DNA of 64,000 nucleotides from Oopsacas minuta (GCA_024704765.1 JAKMXF010000111.1:822619-886618); one strand, 5' to 3'. Numbered from the stretch's first letter, positions 29,656-43,395 are shown. Numbers and translations are program-made. Notes: generated by a model from the letters alone, not told the origin.

Positions 29656-30745
29656 GATACCACCATTATTAATTAATTATCTGTACTCTTTGATGTGGAG
29701 ATGCCAAACCTCACACGGTTTTGGTGAGACGCCAGCTTGGAATTTATTCAATTTCCGTTCAATATTGAATGTCAGGGTGGAAATAGATTAAGATTCATTG
29801 TCATATTGCAGAGATGAAACCTTGGCCTTTACATAAGTTGTTTTACAACAAAATATTACTGGTACAGTTATGGAATAGGTTAGGGAACCAATTTGCTGTT
29901 TTGACATGGTGCAGTTTTATAATTTATTATTTGACCAGTTCATGCCTCATTTTTCTTTACAAGTTATTTATATTTCATTTAACCTATCGCTTCACTCTAC
30001 TAGATCTAACTAAGTTACATAACAAACATCATTTGGGATCATTACTTTTAGGCCGAACCACTGAAAGAAAATAAATTGGGGAACCAAGCGTGTGTATTTG
30101 TAACTTTATTCTACTATTATTACGGTAATTATTTGAGTCTACTCAATACTGTTCATTGACTCACAGACTATGAATTCAGTTTAGACAACTTTGTTATACT
30201 ATTTGAAACTCTTATAATATAAGAAATTGTGACTACATTTACTGCCATCTCAAAGTGCTGTTATTGCAAGAATTGATTCCAGGGCCGCACAATTGAGGTT
30301 ATTTTGTCGATCTCTGTCATCAGTAATTATCTGAGCATAATATTAAGAAATTATATAACAAATCGGGAGTAGAGTCTACTAAATTTGGTTCCAAATTTTT
30401 ATCGCAGATTCCTTATATATAGCTCAACTATAGTACAGTACAGTTTTTTGTAATACCAAAACCCATATTCTCTATCCAAAAAGGTGATTTTCATTAGGCC
30501 TAACAAATGACCTTTCCTCGAACATAGAAAAGCTAATACACAAAAACTGTATTATAGTATAGTTGAGCTATACACAAGTTATTTGTTTTTATCGGTGCTA
30601 CTATATTGAAATGACTAATTTTTGGATCCTAATTTCTGTGATATATTATAACAAAATATTAAATTATATTGATACAAATTGTGTTACTAAACGCAGTTAT
30701 AGCTTGACAACTTACGTGTTTCTAGTTACTTAGAATACTGTGGAA

Positions 30746-32494
30746 ATGTGGAACCGTGTGGTAGGTCAGATCGGACAGGCATGGAACCCATCTCAAACAG
30801 ATGAACAGGAGGATACTGGTATCAATGGAGTTAGCTCTACTCAGAGCTCCAGTGTTGAGGAAGCTGATACATTAGGGAAATTAGAACAAGATTCTGAATC
30901 CTCAACTCAACAATACAAACAAGTTATAGCCTCTGTAGAGGTAACAATCAAATGCATTATATACTTTATACAGCTTATATTTATGTATTTACTATGTAGA
31001 ATGAACTCTCATCAGCTCGTGCGAAATATGACACACTACACACCAAATTCAAATCTCTCCAGTCCAGCTACGAGACAGACTTACAAGCAGAGAGAAGTGT
31101 CATAGAAGCACTCAAGGAGCAAATAATGCAGACAGACAAGGAACAGATAGAAGCTAATAAACAAGCTGACTCTAAGTTCGGTAGACTTAAACAACAAGCT
31201 CGTACCCGTATCAATGAGTTGAGTAAAGAGATTGATACTCTTAAGCTGGGACTGGGGGCTGACGCTAAAACTGGTGTTACTCAAGAGGTATTTCCCCTCT
31301 AATAACCTCTCACACATAACTAGATTGCTAAATAACTTATTAATGTTATTATGAATATTTTGTCATTTAGAAATTCGAGGAATCTCTGAATATGAGCCCT
31401 TCTTCTTCTCGAGCTAGTTCTCCTGACAGAATACAACAAGAAGTACATTATACTTATCTAATTTGTTTGTAGATATGACATATAATTATTACTTTTCCTT
31501 ACAGTTATGTGAGAAAGAGAAAGAGCTGGAATCTGTTCAAAATGAACTAACTACTCTCAGACAGAATAATATAGAATTAGACACTCAGTTATCACAGCTA
31601 CAATTACAGATAACTCAGCTAGAACCATTAAAGAATGAACTGAAAACAAGCTTAACTACTGTTGATAGAGTGGAGTTAGAAAACACACAATTATCAAACA
31701 CTATACAAGATCTTACACTCAAAAACTCTCTTCTTGACTCTAGAATTAATGTAATTACATATACCCTATCGAGGGTCCACTGATATAGCTATATAGGCTA
31801 ATTTAGAGAAGCGAGGGGACATTCTCCACCCATTTTAAATTTCTAACAATATTACTTAAAACCATTCCATAAAATTAATTATTACTTATTACAGGAAGTA
31901 ATCGAGGAAAGGAAACAATGTGAAGATAATCTAGATCAGTTTAAGAAATATAAACTTAAAGAATTCCAAGAGGTTATCCATAATAAATCAGATGAAATTG
32001 AGGCTCTGAACAACTCTCTATCACTTCTACGTATAGAGTATGCTGATGAGAAAGAGAGCAGGACCAAGCAAGATATACAGCTGTCATCTCTTAGGGAGGA
32101 TAAAGAGCTTTCAAGACAACGTTACCAGCAATTGGTCTTACAAGTAGAAGGATATACTAAAGAGATGGAGGAGTTAAAAACAGCTGGAAAAGAGAGGGAA
32201 GTACTCAAAGATAATCAGGAGGTAAATTCAAATCTGTCAACTAATGAGAAATATGTATTTATTTCAATTTATAGTTAACGAATACAGCTACTGACTCTGT
32301 AGATGATCACCTACAAGAAGTGAATAATTTGAAAGCTGAGCTTAGAGACTGTAGGAAAGAGATTGAGTTGAAAAGAGAAGAATTTCTGAGCAAAGGATCA
32401 GAGCTATGTAACCAGAAACAAGAGTTAGAAGATGTGTTATTGGAAAATGATAAGCTCACAAACGACGTAGAGAATTACACCAAACAAGTAAGTC

Positions 32495-32580
<86 letters not shown>

Positions 32581-35500
32581 ATTTTGACTGAGTTCGATCT
32601 CATAATTTCCAATTTATAGTTGAGTGAGCACACTACTAAGTTGGAACAGATGCTTTCTATCAATACAGAATTATCTGAAACAATAAGTAAGTTAAGAAAG
32701 GAAGTAGCAGATGCTGAGTTAGCAGTTAATTCCAGTCAAACAGACCTTACTGCTTCAAGGGACCAGGTAGAACAGGAAAAGCACACCGTTAATGAGTTAG
32801 AGATTTGTTATCAGAAGCTAACAAGAAAGAGACTGAGCTACAAGTACAAGTCTCTCAGTTAGAGAGTAATACTCGTGAATATGAGAATAATATGAATATA
32901 TTACAAGATACAGATATAGAAATTGAGATGGAAAGTCAGTTAAGGCAACTTGAGAAGGAAAATCAAACTCTAACTAATGAATTAGAACGTAGAACTAAAG
33001 AATTATTTGATGTTAGACAAGACAATTCTTCTCAAAGTAAACTCAACCAGAATCTAGATGAGGGTATGTCTATCCTACAGTTACAAGTAGAGACAGATTC
33101 TAAACAGATAGAAAATTTAAACAATTCTATTTCCAGTCTAACCAAAGATAAGTCTGACCAAGAATATCAGTTAGCTTTACAATCAGAGCAATTAACTTCT
33201 CTTAAACAACAACTAGCATTCGATTGTACAGAATTAGATAATCTTAATATATTAGTTAAGTCGTTAAGAGATGATAACGATATTATTTGTGATCATAATT
33301 CAAGTGTGCAATCTGAATTGGAGCAGATCGTAGATCAATTGAAAGATGCAAATAATAACAACAAACGCTTAAATGATCAACTGGCTGAGAGGGCTAGAGA
33401 TTTGTTGTTATCTCAACAGAATAATGCTACTCAGTTAGAGAAGATATCTCTCTTAGAAAGTGAGCTCCAGCAAAAGGAAAGATTGGAGGTAGAGAGTTTG
33501 AGAGAGGCCAGCTTCTCCTCTGAGAGAGTAGAGAAACAGCTATCTTCTGCTCGAAAAGATCGTGATCAATACAAATCAAAAGTAAATAAGTATTTACATA
33601 TTTATAAATTCTACAATTATTACAACTGTAATTAGATTTCTGAGCTAAAGTCCAGTATAGAAAGTTTGAATACAGAAAAGAACGATATACAATCTGCTCT
33701 CGACCTAGCTACTCAATCGGTTAATGACAGTAAACTGAATCTAGACTCAGCTAAAACTAATTATAATCAGCTCAAGTTGGAATTGGATAAAGTCTGCAGT
33801 GAGAAAGACAAACTGACCTCTAGGGTAATAACTTAAAATTAAAAACTATAGGGGTCTATACCATTTATTTATTATTTATTTATTCCACTAGTTAACCACA
33901 ATACAAGATGAATTATCTCAATTACGTCATCAACTCGATAGGAAGGACACAGAACTGAATTCTCTCCTGAAGACGACTGAGACAGCTTCCTCTGAAATGA
34001 ACCTCTTACATCAGGGAGTAACGAGTAAAGAGAATGAGTGTAGAGCTCTGAAGGAGCATAATATTATGTTAAAAGAAGATGCTAAGAGAATGCAGGGAGG
34101 ATTTGACTCTGCTTTAGAATTGATTCAGAATAAACTGGACAAATCTGAGCAGAGAGTATCAGAGTTAGAAGTTATTAACAAAGATAGAGAATCTGTAACG
34201 AATAATATCAGAGGAGAGAGAGCTATAACTGAGGCTAATAATACACAGCTCCAAGAACAGCTGAATGTGTTAAGAGAGAATCAACAGAATCAAATAGCTC
34301 TACAACCTGAAAATGAGAGGTTATTACAGTTTGATGCACTATTTGTCAGAAATGCCCTCCTCCTCCTCTTCCCTGCATTAGTTATTTAAATATGGGAGCG
34401 GATTTAGATGATCTTTTGTTGTATACATATACGAATCCGCCTCCAATCAAGCGAGGATACCCCAAAATGACCTAAACATCACGTCTAAATCCACCATCCA
34501 TGGTTACATAACTAATATCATATTGGGGGGTTCTGACAAAACAGCACTCCAAGTTTGAATCGATAATAACAATAACAATAATACATACTTATAGATTACA
34601 CAAACTAACATCAGAACAATCTGCCCAGTTAAACTCTACACAGAATGAACTTGAGAGATTACAACAAGAGAATATAGTATTAAGATCTTCTCAGGAGAAT
34701 ACACTCAGTGGGGTACAAGAACAAGAGGTCAAGAGCCTACAACTCAGTCAAGGCATGGCTCACTTGTCTAGAGAGAATGAAAAATCTAATAGAAAACTCT
34801 CAGAAGTAAGTTATATACACGCACTATGCATTTACACACAAATATTATTTGCTGTATCTCTAGGTTAATAGAATGTTAGAGGAAGTTGAGTTTGAGAGAG
34901 ATCAGCTGAAACAAGAAAATACTAACATTAATGATTATATAACCAAACTACAGACTCTACAGAGACGGCATGATGTAATAATGCAGTGCTATATCTGTTT
35001 ATTTATATTAATTATTCTTATTCTATGTAGCAAGTTGTATCAGAACTGAGTACTGTGAAAGATCACTTGTCAGTTGAAAGGTAATATTTACTTCATTTCA
35101 TTCCACAATTGTCTAGATGTTTTACACTATATTCATTTGAAAGAGAAAACTGGCAGAAAGAAAGAGCTGAACTTGTATCTCAACAGCCAGTAGAACCTCT
35201 CCTCGCTACTATACCAGTATCCCCAGAACATGTAGAAGTTCCAGCAGCTACTACATACTACATAACACAGTTAGAAGAGAGATTACAAAATGTGGGTTAT
35301 ACACATGGACAGGAGCTCCAGCGATTAAGAGTTAGTTTGTTAGATGCTCGAACTTAAGAACACAATTCACGATTCTATAGTGTCTAAGCAGATAGAAATA
35401 TACGTATTTTATTTAATTCAATTGTAAGATTACACAAATCATATTCTAGGATACTCTAGAGCAAGAGAAGCTTAAATCTAGTCAATTAGAAGTAGCACTG

Positions 35501-36032
35501 AATAAATCCTCTCCATCAGATGGGCTACCACTCCCTGCTACAGTATGTTATTCATATTAAGTATAGTTATATTTGATATTAACTGTGTTACTATTAGGCT
35601 ATTTCTGAAGACTTCTCCTGTCTAAACCAATCTACCTTAGGTAAGACACTAATACTATCATGATATTCTTGGTATATACTCCAAGCGAATTATATATGAG
35701 ATCTCAAATCACCGAACAGCAGAGCGAAAACATATATAAATACTAAATCAACCATTTTAGAACTGAGCCGCTTTGCTATGTAATAGTATTAGTCAGCACC
35801 GTAACAACCTTTATGTATTTAGGTGATTGTGTTACTGTCCTAAGAAATCAACTAATGAGATGGAAGGCTAATCCGAAGTAAGTTGTATATCTGTTTTAAC
35901 AACAAATTACTTTTATGCGTATTTCATAGGATCACCATGACTCGTTTCTTCAAGAGTAGGCCTCTCCCTCAGCTACTAGTAATGGTTTACTTTATCTGCT
36001 TACATTTCCTTGTTCTATTTTCTCTATTGTAA
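30746..36032 (+). CDS. Giantin/GOLGB1-like tail-anchored golgin, multi-exon
   Basis: Long heptad coiled coils; N-terminal ADSKFGRLKQQARTRINEL resembles giantin; final exon encodes a C-terminal TM anchor RPLPQLLVMVYFICLHFLVLFSLL-stop (36030-36032). Confidence 0.75.
32495..32578. repeat. (AAT)28 microsatellite in a golgin intron
   Basis: Pure AAT run read directly. Confidence 0.95.
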
Positions 36033-36170
36033 CTAATAGACTCTGATATTTGCATATTTGTTATTAGCTTGGAAATTCATATTAATTGTATATCTTAGAA
36101 TATTTATATAACAGGTAGAAATTCTCCTACAATTATCCTAATAATTTTGTCTATTGTATGATAATTAGAC

Positions 36171-38723
36171 ATGAGCTGTCCAGTATCAAGCACTACGAGT
36201 CGAACCTCATCACAAGAAGACACGATTATAGTATCAGTCCGTATCCGTCCAGAGAACGCACAAGAACATGGACTGGACTACCCTCTGGTTGTACAGATGA
36301 TAGATAGCAAGATGCTCTCTTTCGACCCCAAGCCTGAACAAGACCCTTATTTCGGTCCCCCTGTTGCTAAAAAACGCGTGAAAGGCAGACACAAACGCAA
36401 AGACTTGACATTTGGATTTGATAACGTGTTTGGAGAATCCAGCACTCAGAGAGAAGTATTCGAAGCTACCACAAAGAAGGTATTGCCCTGTGTTCTAGAT
36501 GGAATAAACTGTTCTATCTTCGCATACGGAGCAACCGGGGCAGGAAAGACACACACTATGTTAGGTACCCCTGAGCAGCCAGGGATAATATACCAAACTA
36601 TGAAGGAGCTCTATTTCCTGATAGATGAGAAGAAGAATGAAATTAGTTGTGATATAGCTGTTACGTATTTGGAGATTTATAATGAGAATATTTACGATCT
36701 ATTGAAAGATGAAAAACGCTGTCTTCCATTAAGAGAGGATTCTAACAAGAAATCTCCTATAATAACCGGTATTAGCTATACCAAACCTACAGATGCACAA
36801 GATCTACTGCATATCCTATCACAGGGCAACAAACGCCGTACACAGCACCCGACCGACGCTAATGCACAATCATCACGGTCTCACGCAGTATTCCAAGTAT
36901 ACATACACCAGAAACCACGAGCAGCTGGTACAGAGACAGAAGTAACAGTAGCTAAACTAAGTCTCATTGACCTAGCAGGTTCAGAGAGAGCTACCGTCAC
37001 TACTAACTCTGGTGTAAGGTTAAGAGAAGGTGCTAATATTAACAGATCTCTTCTTGCATTGGGTAATGTTATAAACGCTTTGGCTAGCAATAAAGGGATA
37101 AAATCTCACATCCCATACAGAGACAGTAAACTCACTCGATTACTCAAAGACAGTCTAGGTGGTAATTGCAGAACAGTTATGATAGCTAATATCAGTCCAT
37201 CCGGTTGTTCTTTCGAGGATACGTATAACACGCTTAGGTATGCTGATAGAGCTAAACAAATAAAAGTTAAAACTAATCGTAACGTAGTCAATGTACAGCT
37301 TCCAATGCACAAGTATACATCTATAATTGATGACCTGAGGCTACAGGTAAAACACCTACAAGAAGAGCTCAGGAAGCCTCAATCTCCCGCTATCCTCGCT
37401 CAGACCATTCTTAGAATGAATGGATTCAAAGGAACCATCTCTCAGCTGTTTCAGAGCAAGCTAGGTCTAGATCGCAAGCAAAGAGATGCTGATAACGAGA
37501 TTACTACATCCATGGTTTCTACTGCAGTTAGAGTAGAGGAGGCTGAATGGCTACAAATGATGAACTCACAAGATGTGAAGCAAAAAGTACAATTGATTAA
37601 TTATCAAGAAAAATCAAGAGAGAGAGAATCTGAACTCCAAAAGGAGATTGAAACTCTGGAGAAAAGTATCAACAACAATTCTTCTGAATTAGCAGTAAAG
37701 TATGCAGAGTTAACCAATGAGATTCCGAATGATGCACCGTGTAAAGAGATACTACACGAGAATTCTAAAATGTCTTACGAACTAGCTCACCTTAAATTTG
37801 AGAACGGATCATTGTATCATCAAAATAAACTGCTATATCGATCTCTCACTGAATCAGAAGCAGAGATTAATCATAAATCAGAGATGATCACTAACCAGCT
37901 GAATCTGATATCTAGTTGGTATACAGAGAAGAAAATACAAGGTACTGTCAGTGATAAAGACGATGAAGTAGTTGTTGCTATAATAAAAGGAATTACAAAA
38001 CAGAAGGAAGTGTCATGGGCTGACCAGGTATCTGATACTCCAGCTAGTAGGAAAAGAGCTATATTCTCAGCACTACAGAACTCACCATTAACTCCGAACA
38101 GTAACAGAAAGACTCTAAGCATTCTCTCCTCCAGCACTAAGCCAACTACACTATTGAAACCAGAGGCTCACATATCATCTACTCATTTGCCTTCTACTCC
38201 TGTACAGACAAGCTCTAAGGCTCTGGCCAAAACACCTCTAATTAACAACTTCTTCACAAAGCCTCTCTCTCTATTCCCTGGTACTTCTATGGATATTGAC
38301 CTAGATCCTCCACACATACAGAATTACACACTTCACCATGCTACACAATCAAATGACCAGGTGATAACCTCTGCTACTAAAAGACTGAAGATTAATTCTG
38401 AAGGTGTTGATCTGTTTAAACCATCTCAATTGTCTTCTTCATCTGATTCTAATATTAAAGAGAGTAACCTAGATTCTACATTTGATATTGGCAAGCCCAA
38501 AGCTATTAAGAGACATTTCTCAAATCTCTCTCCTACTCTACGTCCCAGAGCTACCAAGCGGTTTGCTTCTGAACCTCTTCCCTCCTCTCTATCCATTAAA
38601 ATGTCTGATTCTCTACGGCGCTCCAGAAAGGTTCCCACTTATGCTCAGCTTACTATTGCTGCTAAATCTAAGTATCGAAAACCGGTCACTTCAATAACTT
38701 CGAGGAATATAAAGAATTTATAA
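36171..38723 (+). CDS. KIF18A: Kinesin-8 family motor (KIF18A-like), intronless
   Basis: P-loop AYGATGAGKT, NAQSSRSHAVF, LIDLAGSER, GANINRSLLALGNVINAL; N-terminal motor plus coiled coil. Confidence 0.9.
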   Translation: MSCPVSSTTSRTSSQEDTIIVSVRIRPENAQEHGLDYPLVVQMIDSKMLSFDPKPEQDPYFGPPVAKKRVKGRHKRKDLTFGFDNVFGESSTQREVFEATTKKVLPCVLDGINCSIFAYGATGAGKTHTMLGTPEQPGIIYQTMKELYFLIDEKKNEISCDIAVTYLEIYNENIYDLLKDEKRCLPLREDSNKKSPIITGISYTKPTDAQDLLHILSQGNKRRTQHPTDANAQSSRSHAVFQVYIHQKPRAAGTETEVTVAKLSLIDLAGSERATVTTNSGVRLREGANINRSLLALGNVINALASNKGIKSHIPYRDSKLTRLLKDSLGGNCRTVMIANISPSGCSFEDTYNTLRYADRAKQIKVKTNRNVVNVQLPMHKYTSIIDDLRLQVKHLQEELRKPQSPAILAQTILRMNGFKGTISQLFQSKLGLDRKQRDADNEITTSMVSTAVRVEEAEWLQMMNSQDVKQKVQLINYQEKSRERESELQKEIETLEKSINNNSSELAVKYAELTNEIPNDAPCKEILHENSKMSYELAHLKFENGSLYHQNKLLYRSLTESEAEINHKSEMITNQLNLISSWYTEKKIQGTVSDKDDEVVVAIIKGITKQKEVSWADQVSDTPASRKRAIFSALQNSPLTPNSNRKTLSILSSSTKPTTLLKPEAHISSTHLPSTPVQTSSKALAKTPLINNFFTKPLSLFPGTSMDIDLDPPHIQNYTLHHATQSNDQVITSATKRLKINSEGVDLFKPSQLSSSSDSNIKESNLDSTFDIGKPKAIKRHFSNLSPTLRPRATKRFASEPLPSSLSIKMSDSLRRSRKVPTYAQLTIAAKSKYRKPVTSITSRNIKNL

Positions 38724-38883
38724 TTCTAATAGGCTCGTTTGTTTCACCTCTTTACAATGTTACTACACAGGTACTTTATTTAGTTGAGAATGATTCTCTG
38801 TCTATCTTGCTTAATTAACTCAATATTCCTCTATTAATATAATTCAAATTTATACGCTATTTGTTCGAATTCTAACTACAGTG

Positions 38884-39045
38884 CAATGGAACCTGTATAA
38901 ACCTACACTCGTAGGGACATAAAATTTTGTCGGATTATGCAAGGAATTTATATTGTCGGAAGCTAGGCTATTTCATATCAAAAACACTGTCGTATTATAG
39001 AGGTCTTCCAGATTATACCGGTGTCGGTTTATGCAGGTTCCCCTG
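38884..39045. mobile_element. Short Tigger/pogo-like MITE
   Basis: GGAACCTGTATAAACCTACAC (38888-38908) versus reverse complement of 39021-39041, 2 mismatches in 21. Confidence 0.6.
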
Positions 39046-39104
39046 GAGGAAATATACAAAACAATTGCCATGAAGAAATGCTAAATTTCAAAGTTTTCTC
39101 CAAA

Positions 39105-39280
39105 AAAATATAGTTTAGAATTAGCTATCTTTTCTATCAACTGCAATACCCTTAGGAGAACCCAAATGCGTCATCTCTATTATATGCAAGAGTCTAGGGC
39201 GTCCACTATGCAAAGTTCTGAACGACGGTTAGTTTATGGCTAACGTGGAGATAGCTAAAGTTATCAAAAACACAATTTAT
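39105..39280 (-). pseudogene. Internally deleted remnant of the adjacent NHL-repeat gene
   Basis: 39131-39207 matches 39514-39590 (NHL 3' coding) and 39227-39277 matches 40352-40403 (NHL upstream region). Confidence 0.7.
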
Positions 39281-39434
39281 ATTATACATGCCTTTGACTC
39301 GTCGCTTCGTATAAGTACGAGTAGCAAACTTCTACTTAACCTGGACACTCGATATTTTAAAATATACATTTCATTTTATTAGTTTGAATTCTAAATAACA
39401 GATGATATAAAGAAATAATTATTTTGAACCAGTG

Positions 39435-40304
39435 TTATGAATACATACTTATCGCTTTAGTATTTCCTTTAAAAAAATGAAGTTTAGAATCAGTTACACA
39501 AATTATTCTACCATTTCTATCAACTGCAATACCCATAGGAGAACCCACAAACGTCATCTTTATTATATGCAAGAGTGTAGGGCGTCCACTCGATGTTTCA
39601 TATATCAGAATCTGGTGTCCTTTCATATCGCTCATGAATATGTTGCCATTGGAGTCAAAATCTCCAAACCAGCAAAGCGTAGCCCAAATTCCTTCATATA
39701 TCATTTGGTTTGATTCAATAGCAGATGTTTTTTTACCATAGATTAAGTTCCCTTTACTACCAATAAATGATCCATCTTTCCGCAACACGATAGAGAGAGG
39801 AGATTGGTAATGAAAAGTTTGAATATGATTATTTGAATCATTCTCTAAAATTAATATACAATTTGCTCCAAACTCACACACGTATATGTCTCCTTTTTGG
39901 TTGATAGCTATACCCATAGGTTGTTGCATTTTTATTATCATCTTTTTATTTGTGGTAAAACCTTTCGCGAATACTGTTATTATGTCTCCATCCAGTGTGT
40001 ATAGAAATATCCTTCCACCTTGATAATCGGAGACATAGACTATACCGTCATTAATGCATATACCCCATAGATCTACACGCCCCCATTTTGCAAATTTTGG
40101 ATGTAAAATGAACTGATGAGATCCTTCAGGTGAGAATACCTGTATTCTAGTGTTACCTCCCTCCACTACGTATATCATCCCAGTCACAGGTTCAATACTT
40201 AGTCCTCTAGCATTCTTAAGGTGACCAAGACCTTTACCTTTCATGCATAACTCCTTATAAGGAGCTGTTATAGACGTGTAATCAATAGAGTGGTGTCCAG
40301 CCAT
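39435..40304 (-). CDS. NHL-repeat beta-propeller protein, intronless
   Basis: NHL motifs ARGLSIEPVTGMIYVVEGGNTRIQVF, QPMGIAINQKGDIYVCE, SPMGIAVDRNGRII. Confidence 0.85.
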   Translation of the reverse strand: MAGHHSIDYTSITAPYKELCMKGKGLGHLKNARGLSIEPVTGMIYVVEGGNTRIQVFSPEGSHQFILHPKFAKWGRVDLWGICINDGIVYVSDYQGGRIFLYTLDGDIITVFAKGFTTNKKMIIKMQQPMGIAINQKGDIYVCEFGANCILILENDSNNHIQTFHYQSPLSIVLRKDGSFIGSKGNLIYGKKTSAIESNQMIYEGIWATLCWFGDFDSNGNIFMSDMKGHQILIYETSSGRPTLLHIIKMTFVGSPMGIAVDRNGRIICVTDSKLHFFKGNTKAISMYS

Positions 40305-41090
40305 CTGTCTATCTAGTGTTTAGACGTTAAGTTATGTGAATATAAGGGTTTGGTTAGTTTATGGCTAACATCTAGATAGCTCGAGTTAGCAAAATAAACA
40401 ATTCAAAACACATTTTAATAATTGCTGAATTCACAGTGATTTAATTCGGGCAATTACATAATTTATAGGAATTCTGTAATGTAGCTCTCTAGCAATTCAA
40501 TTACTTGCTCTAGAAATGTTTACCTCCGTTGCTAAGTTCTCGCTTTGTTTATTCTCATCAATTTCCTGAGAATTGAATGATTATATATATGCAGAATTTC
40601 AATATTTTTGAAATCAAATCGTACATTCATCTTAATAATCTTTCAACTTGTGTTCTTTATTGGAATTTTTACCATCTTAAGCTTCGGTCTGTTAGCTTAC
40701 AAATCTTTTCAATGAATCTAACCACTCTAAACTGTTGAACTTTGTGGATGAATGCATTACTTGTTCTTGTGACCACTCAAGAACGTTATGTATTATTTGC
40801 AACAGCTAAGCATTGTATTAAAATTATCACCTGCCTATTGAATTTGAATTCGAATTCTATTTATGATAGACACTGTATTTGTTTAGAACTTTTACTTGTC
40901 TGACTACCGTCCATAAGATCAACTAATAATATTTTAGCGACCATTGGATAAATTGTCTAATATTTTCTTGTTTCTACTAAAGCCTATTCTCCTATCTAGT
41001 TACAAGTGGTTGATATATTAATACACTACTGCCATCCTCTACTGCACATCAATAAAGCTCTAAGCTCACATCTCATCAACTAGGATAATC

Positions 41091-43079
41091 ATGAGCAAGA
41101 ATAGAATCAAGGAAAAGGAGTTCTTGGACCCTGCTACGAATCATGTGTTTGCAGACTACACTAAGAATGAACCTACAGACTTCATGGATCGGATCCATCA
41201 GGTAAATCGTCTCTGTCCTGGACAAAGCAAGCAGAACATCAACTACCTACTTCAAAGCAATAACTACGATGTGGGTCTGACTATACAACGAATAAACGAG
41301 GAAGGAGCAAAGGAACTTATCGGTGAATGGAGTAAAAGTACTTCTAAAAAGTCCAAAAAGAAAAAAGCTAATGCTCAAAAAGAGCAGACGACTATAATAC
41401 CAAATTCTAAACCTCAGAACAATATGGAAATTAGACCTGCCTCTGACTCAAGAACTACAAAACTCCCAAACTCTATTAGCCACAAGCCTACGACTGCCCC
41501 TCCTATACCCACTAACTCTCAGATAAATCCAAAAAGCAATTCATATCAACCTGCGCTTCCTGATACATACAATGATTCTCATCTGCAACCATCTCACCAT
41601 TTCAATCCAGATAATCTACAATCTCATAATAGTGTAGTCAATCAACGAGTCAGTCCTAATCTATCAACTGGTGGCTCTAGCAATGTACAGATCTTACTGC
41701 TTCAGTTACAAACTCAGAATTCCCAGCTTGCCCAATGGCAGGAAATGTTACAACAGAGAATGGACAATTCTCTTCAAATACTTCAGTTTGTGTTTGAACA
41801 GCTACAGAGCTCTCTATCAGAAAGACATCAGCTGTTATTTAGTAATTTAGAAAGTGGTAAATGGAAAGCTCAAGAAATATTCGAGCAAAGACGTAAATTA
41901 GCACAGAAACTAATAGCTCAAGCTAAGAAGGCTCCTACTGAACAAGCAGCTGAGAATATCAAACAATTTTTAGCAGATAAACACTGTGATCAGCAATTGA
42001 ATGACGTATATACTTTAGAGATTGAGCATGAAGCTCTCTTAACTGGCGTTCAATCTCTAGGAGATATAGTAAACTCTATCCCAATATATTCTAACTGGAC
42101 TCCTGGGTTAGGATCAGAACATGTCCCCTCCCATATTCCTGCTGTATACACTCAACCAATTCAGCAACCTATCCCATCTAAGTACCCACCTAAACAAGTT
42201 CATCCAATATACACAGTTCCAGATACTCATGTACTTCCTGTTCATAATTCTACTCAACCTCAACATGTATCAATATCACATACCTACTCAGAACCTGATC
42301 CTGTTCTATTCGATGGATACTTAGAGCAAGAACCAGCTCCTGACGTAGTCAATCTGACGTCACGTGTTATGGAGGTTACACTGAAAGATCCCTACTCTTC
42401 AGAGGCTAAGGCAGTTGATCTTAAGTCTCTAGCTAGCAAGACTAGTAAGGAAGAGCTAGAGGCAGCTAAGCTCAGAATGCAGGGGGTCCTAGATAAGCAG
42501 GGAAGGAGTATGATAGTAGCAGAGGCTAGGGGGAGAGGACCTGGAGGCAGACGAGGGGGCGAGAAGAGAGGAGGGAGAGCTGGAACCGGGAATAAACCGA
42601 GAGGGAAGTACAAAGAGCAGAGAGGACCTCAAAGATATCAGGATCAGGGTGATGAGAGACAGGACCAGTGGACAGGGTCACGAGACAATGGTCACGTGTG
42701 GAGTGCAGAGTTCACTTCTTCCAATCCAGATGAACCTGATACTGAAGCGTTGGACTCACATCTGTTCGTGAAGAGTCTCGAGCTAGTGAACCACAACTAT
42801 TCAGACGGAGAGACCGATGCTATAGATTATAACCCTATAGTCCCGAGCACTGAGTTTAATTCCTCGCAGCAAGATTATTCTCCTGAACAGCCTCCGTTAC
42901 AATCTACTACCACTTTCTTACCAACTGAGACTAAACAGATTGAAGCCACTGATCAACTACATGAACGTGACCCAGACAATACTGATGAACAAACTTCTAC
43001 TACTGACCCAGCGATTAACTGCGATAAATCCCCCGTAGCTAAACCTGCCACTAACTGGGGATTGGATGGTGATTGGTAG
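41091..43079 (+). CDS. SPATS2: SPATS2/SPATS2L-like protein, intronless
   Basis: CUE/UBA-like N-terminus followed by EW...KKSKKKK, central helical block and RGG-rich segment typical of the family. Confidence 0.7.
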   Translation: MSKNRIKEKEFLDPATNHVFADYTKNEPTDFMDRIHQVNRLCPGQSKQNINYLLQSNNYDVGLTIQRINEEGAKELIGEWSKSTSKKSKKKKANAQKEQTTIIPNSKPQNNMEIRPASDSRTTKLPNSISHKPTTAPPIPTNSQINPKSNSYQPALPDTYNDSHLQPSHHFNPDNLQSHNSVVNQRVSPNLSTGGSSNVQILLLQLQTQNSQLAQWQEMLQQRMDNSLQILQFVFEQLQSSLSERHQLLFSNLESGKWKAQEIFEQRRKLAQKLIAQAKKAPTEQAAENIKQFLADKHCDQQLNDVYTLEIEHEALLTGVQSLGDIVNSIPIYSNWTPGLGSEHVPSHIPAVYTQPIQQPIPSKYPPKQVHPIYTVPDTHVLPVHNSTQPQHVSISHTYSEPDPVLFDGYLEQEPAPDVVNLTSRVMEVTLKDPYSSEAKAVDLKSLASKTSKEELEAAKLRMQGVLDKQGRSMIVAEARGRGPGGRRGGEKRGGRAGTGNKPRGKYKEQRGPQRYQDQGDERQDQWTGSRDNGHVWSAEFTSSNPDEPDTEALDSHLFVKSLELVNHNYSDGETDAIDYNPIVPSTEFNSSQQDYSPEQPPLQSTTTFLPTETKQIEATDQLHERDPDNTDEQTSTTDPAINCDKSPVAKPATNWGLDGDW

Positions 43080-43395
43080 ATACAATCTTGTGATTGATAA
43101 ACTGTATAAATCTCTCGCTTAGGATAATCATTAGTAGTCATACTGTATTTTAATTTACTACCCTAGTTATTATATTAGGTTATTCTAGTAGATTGAGTGG
43201 AATGTCGCATTCACGTAATTCACACCTCATTTATCTTATTATAATACTGATTACATGAATGTGTTGTGTATCTTTCCTTTTATTTATCTAGCTCTATCAC
43301 AATTATTTATTTATTTATAATTTAACGAATTTTCTAAAATTTTAATACTCTTCAAGTACAAATATATACGTATTTATCGTTGATAGAGCTTAGAT

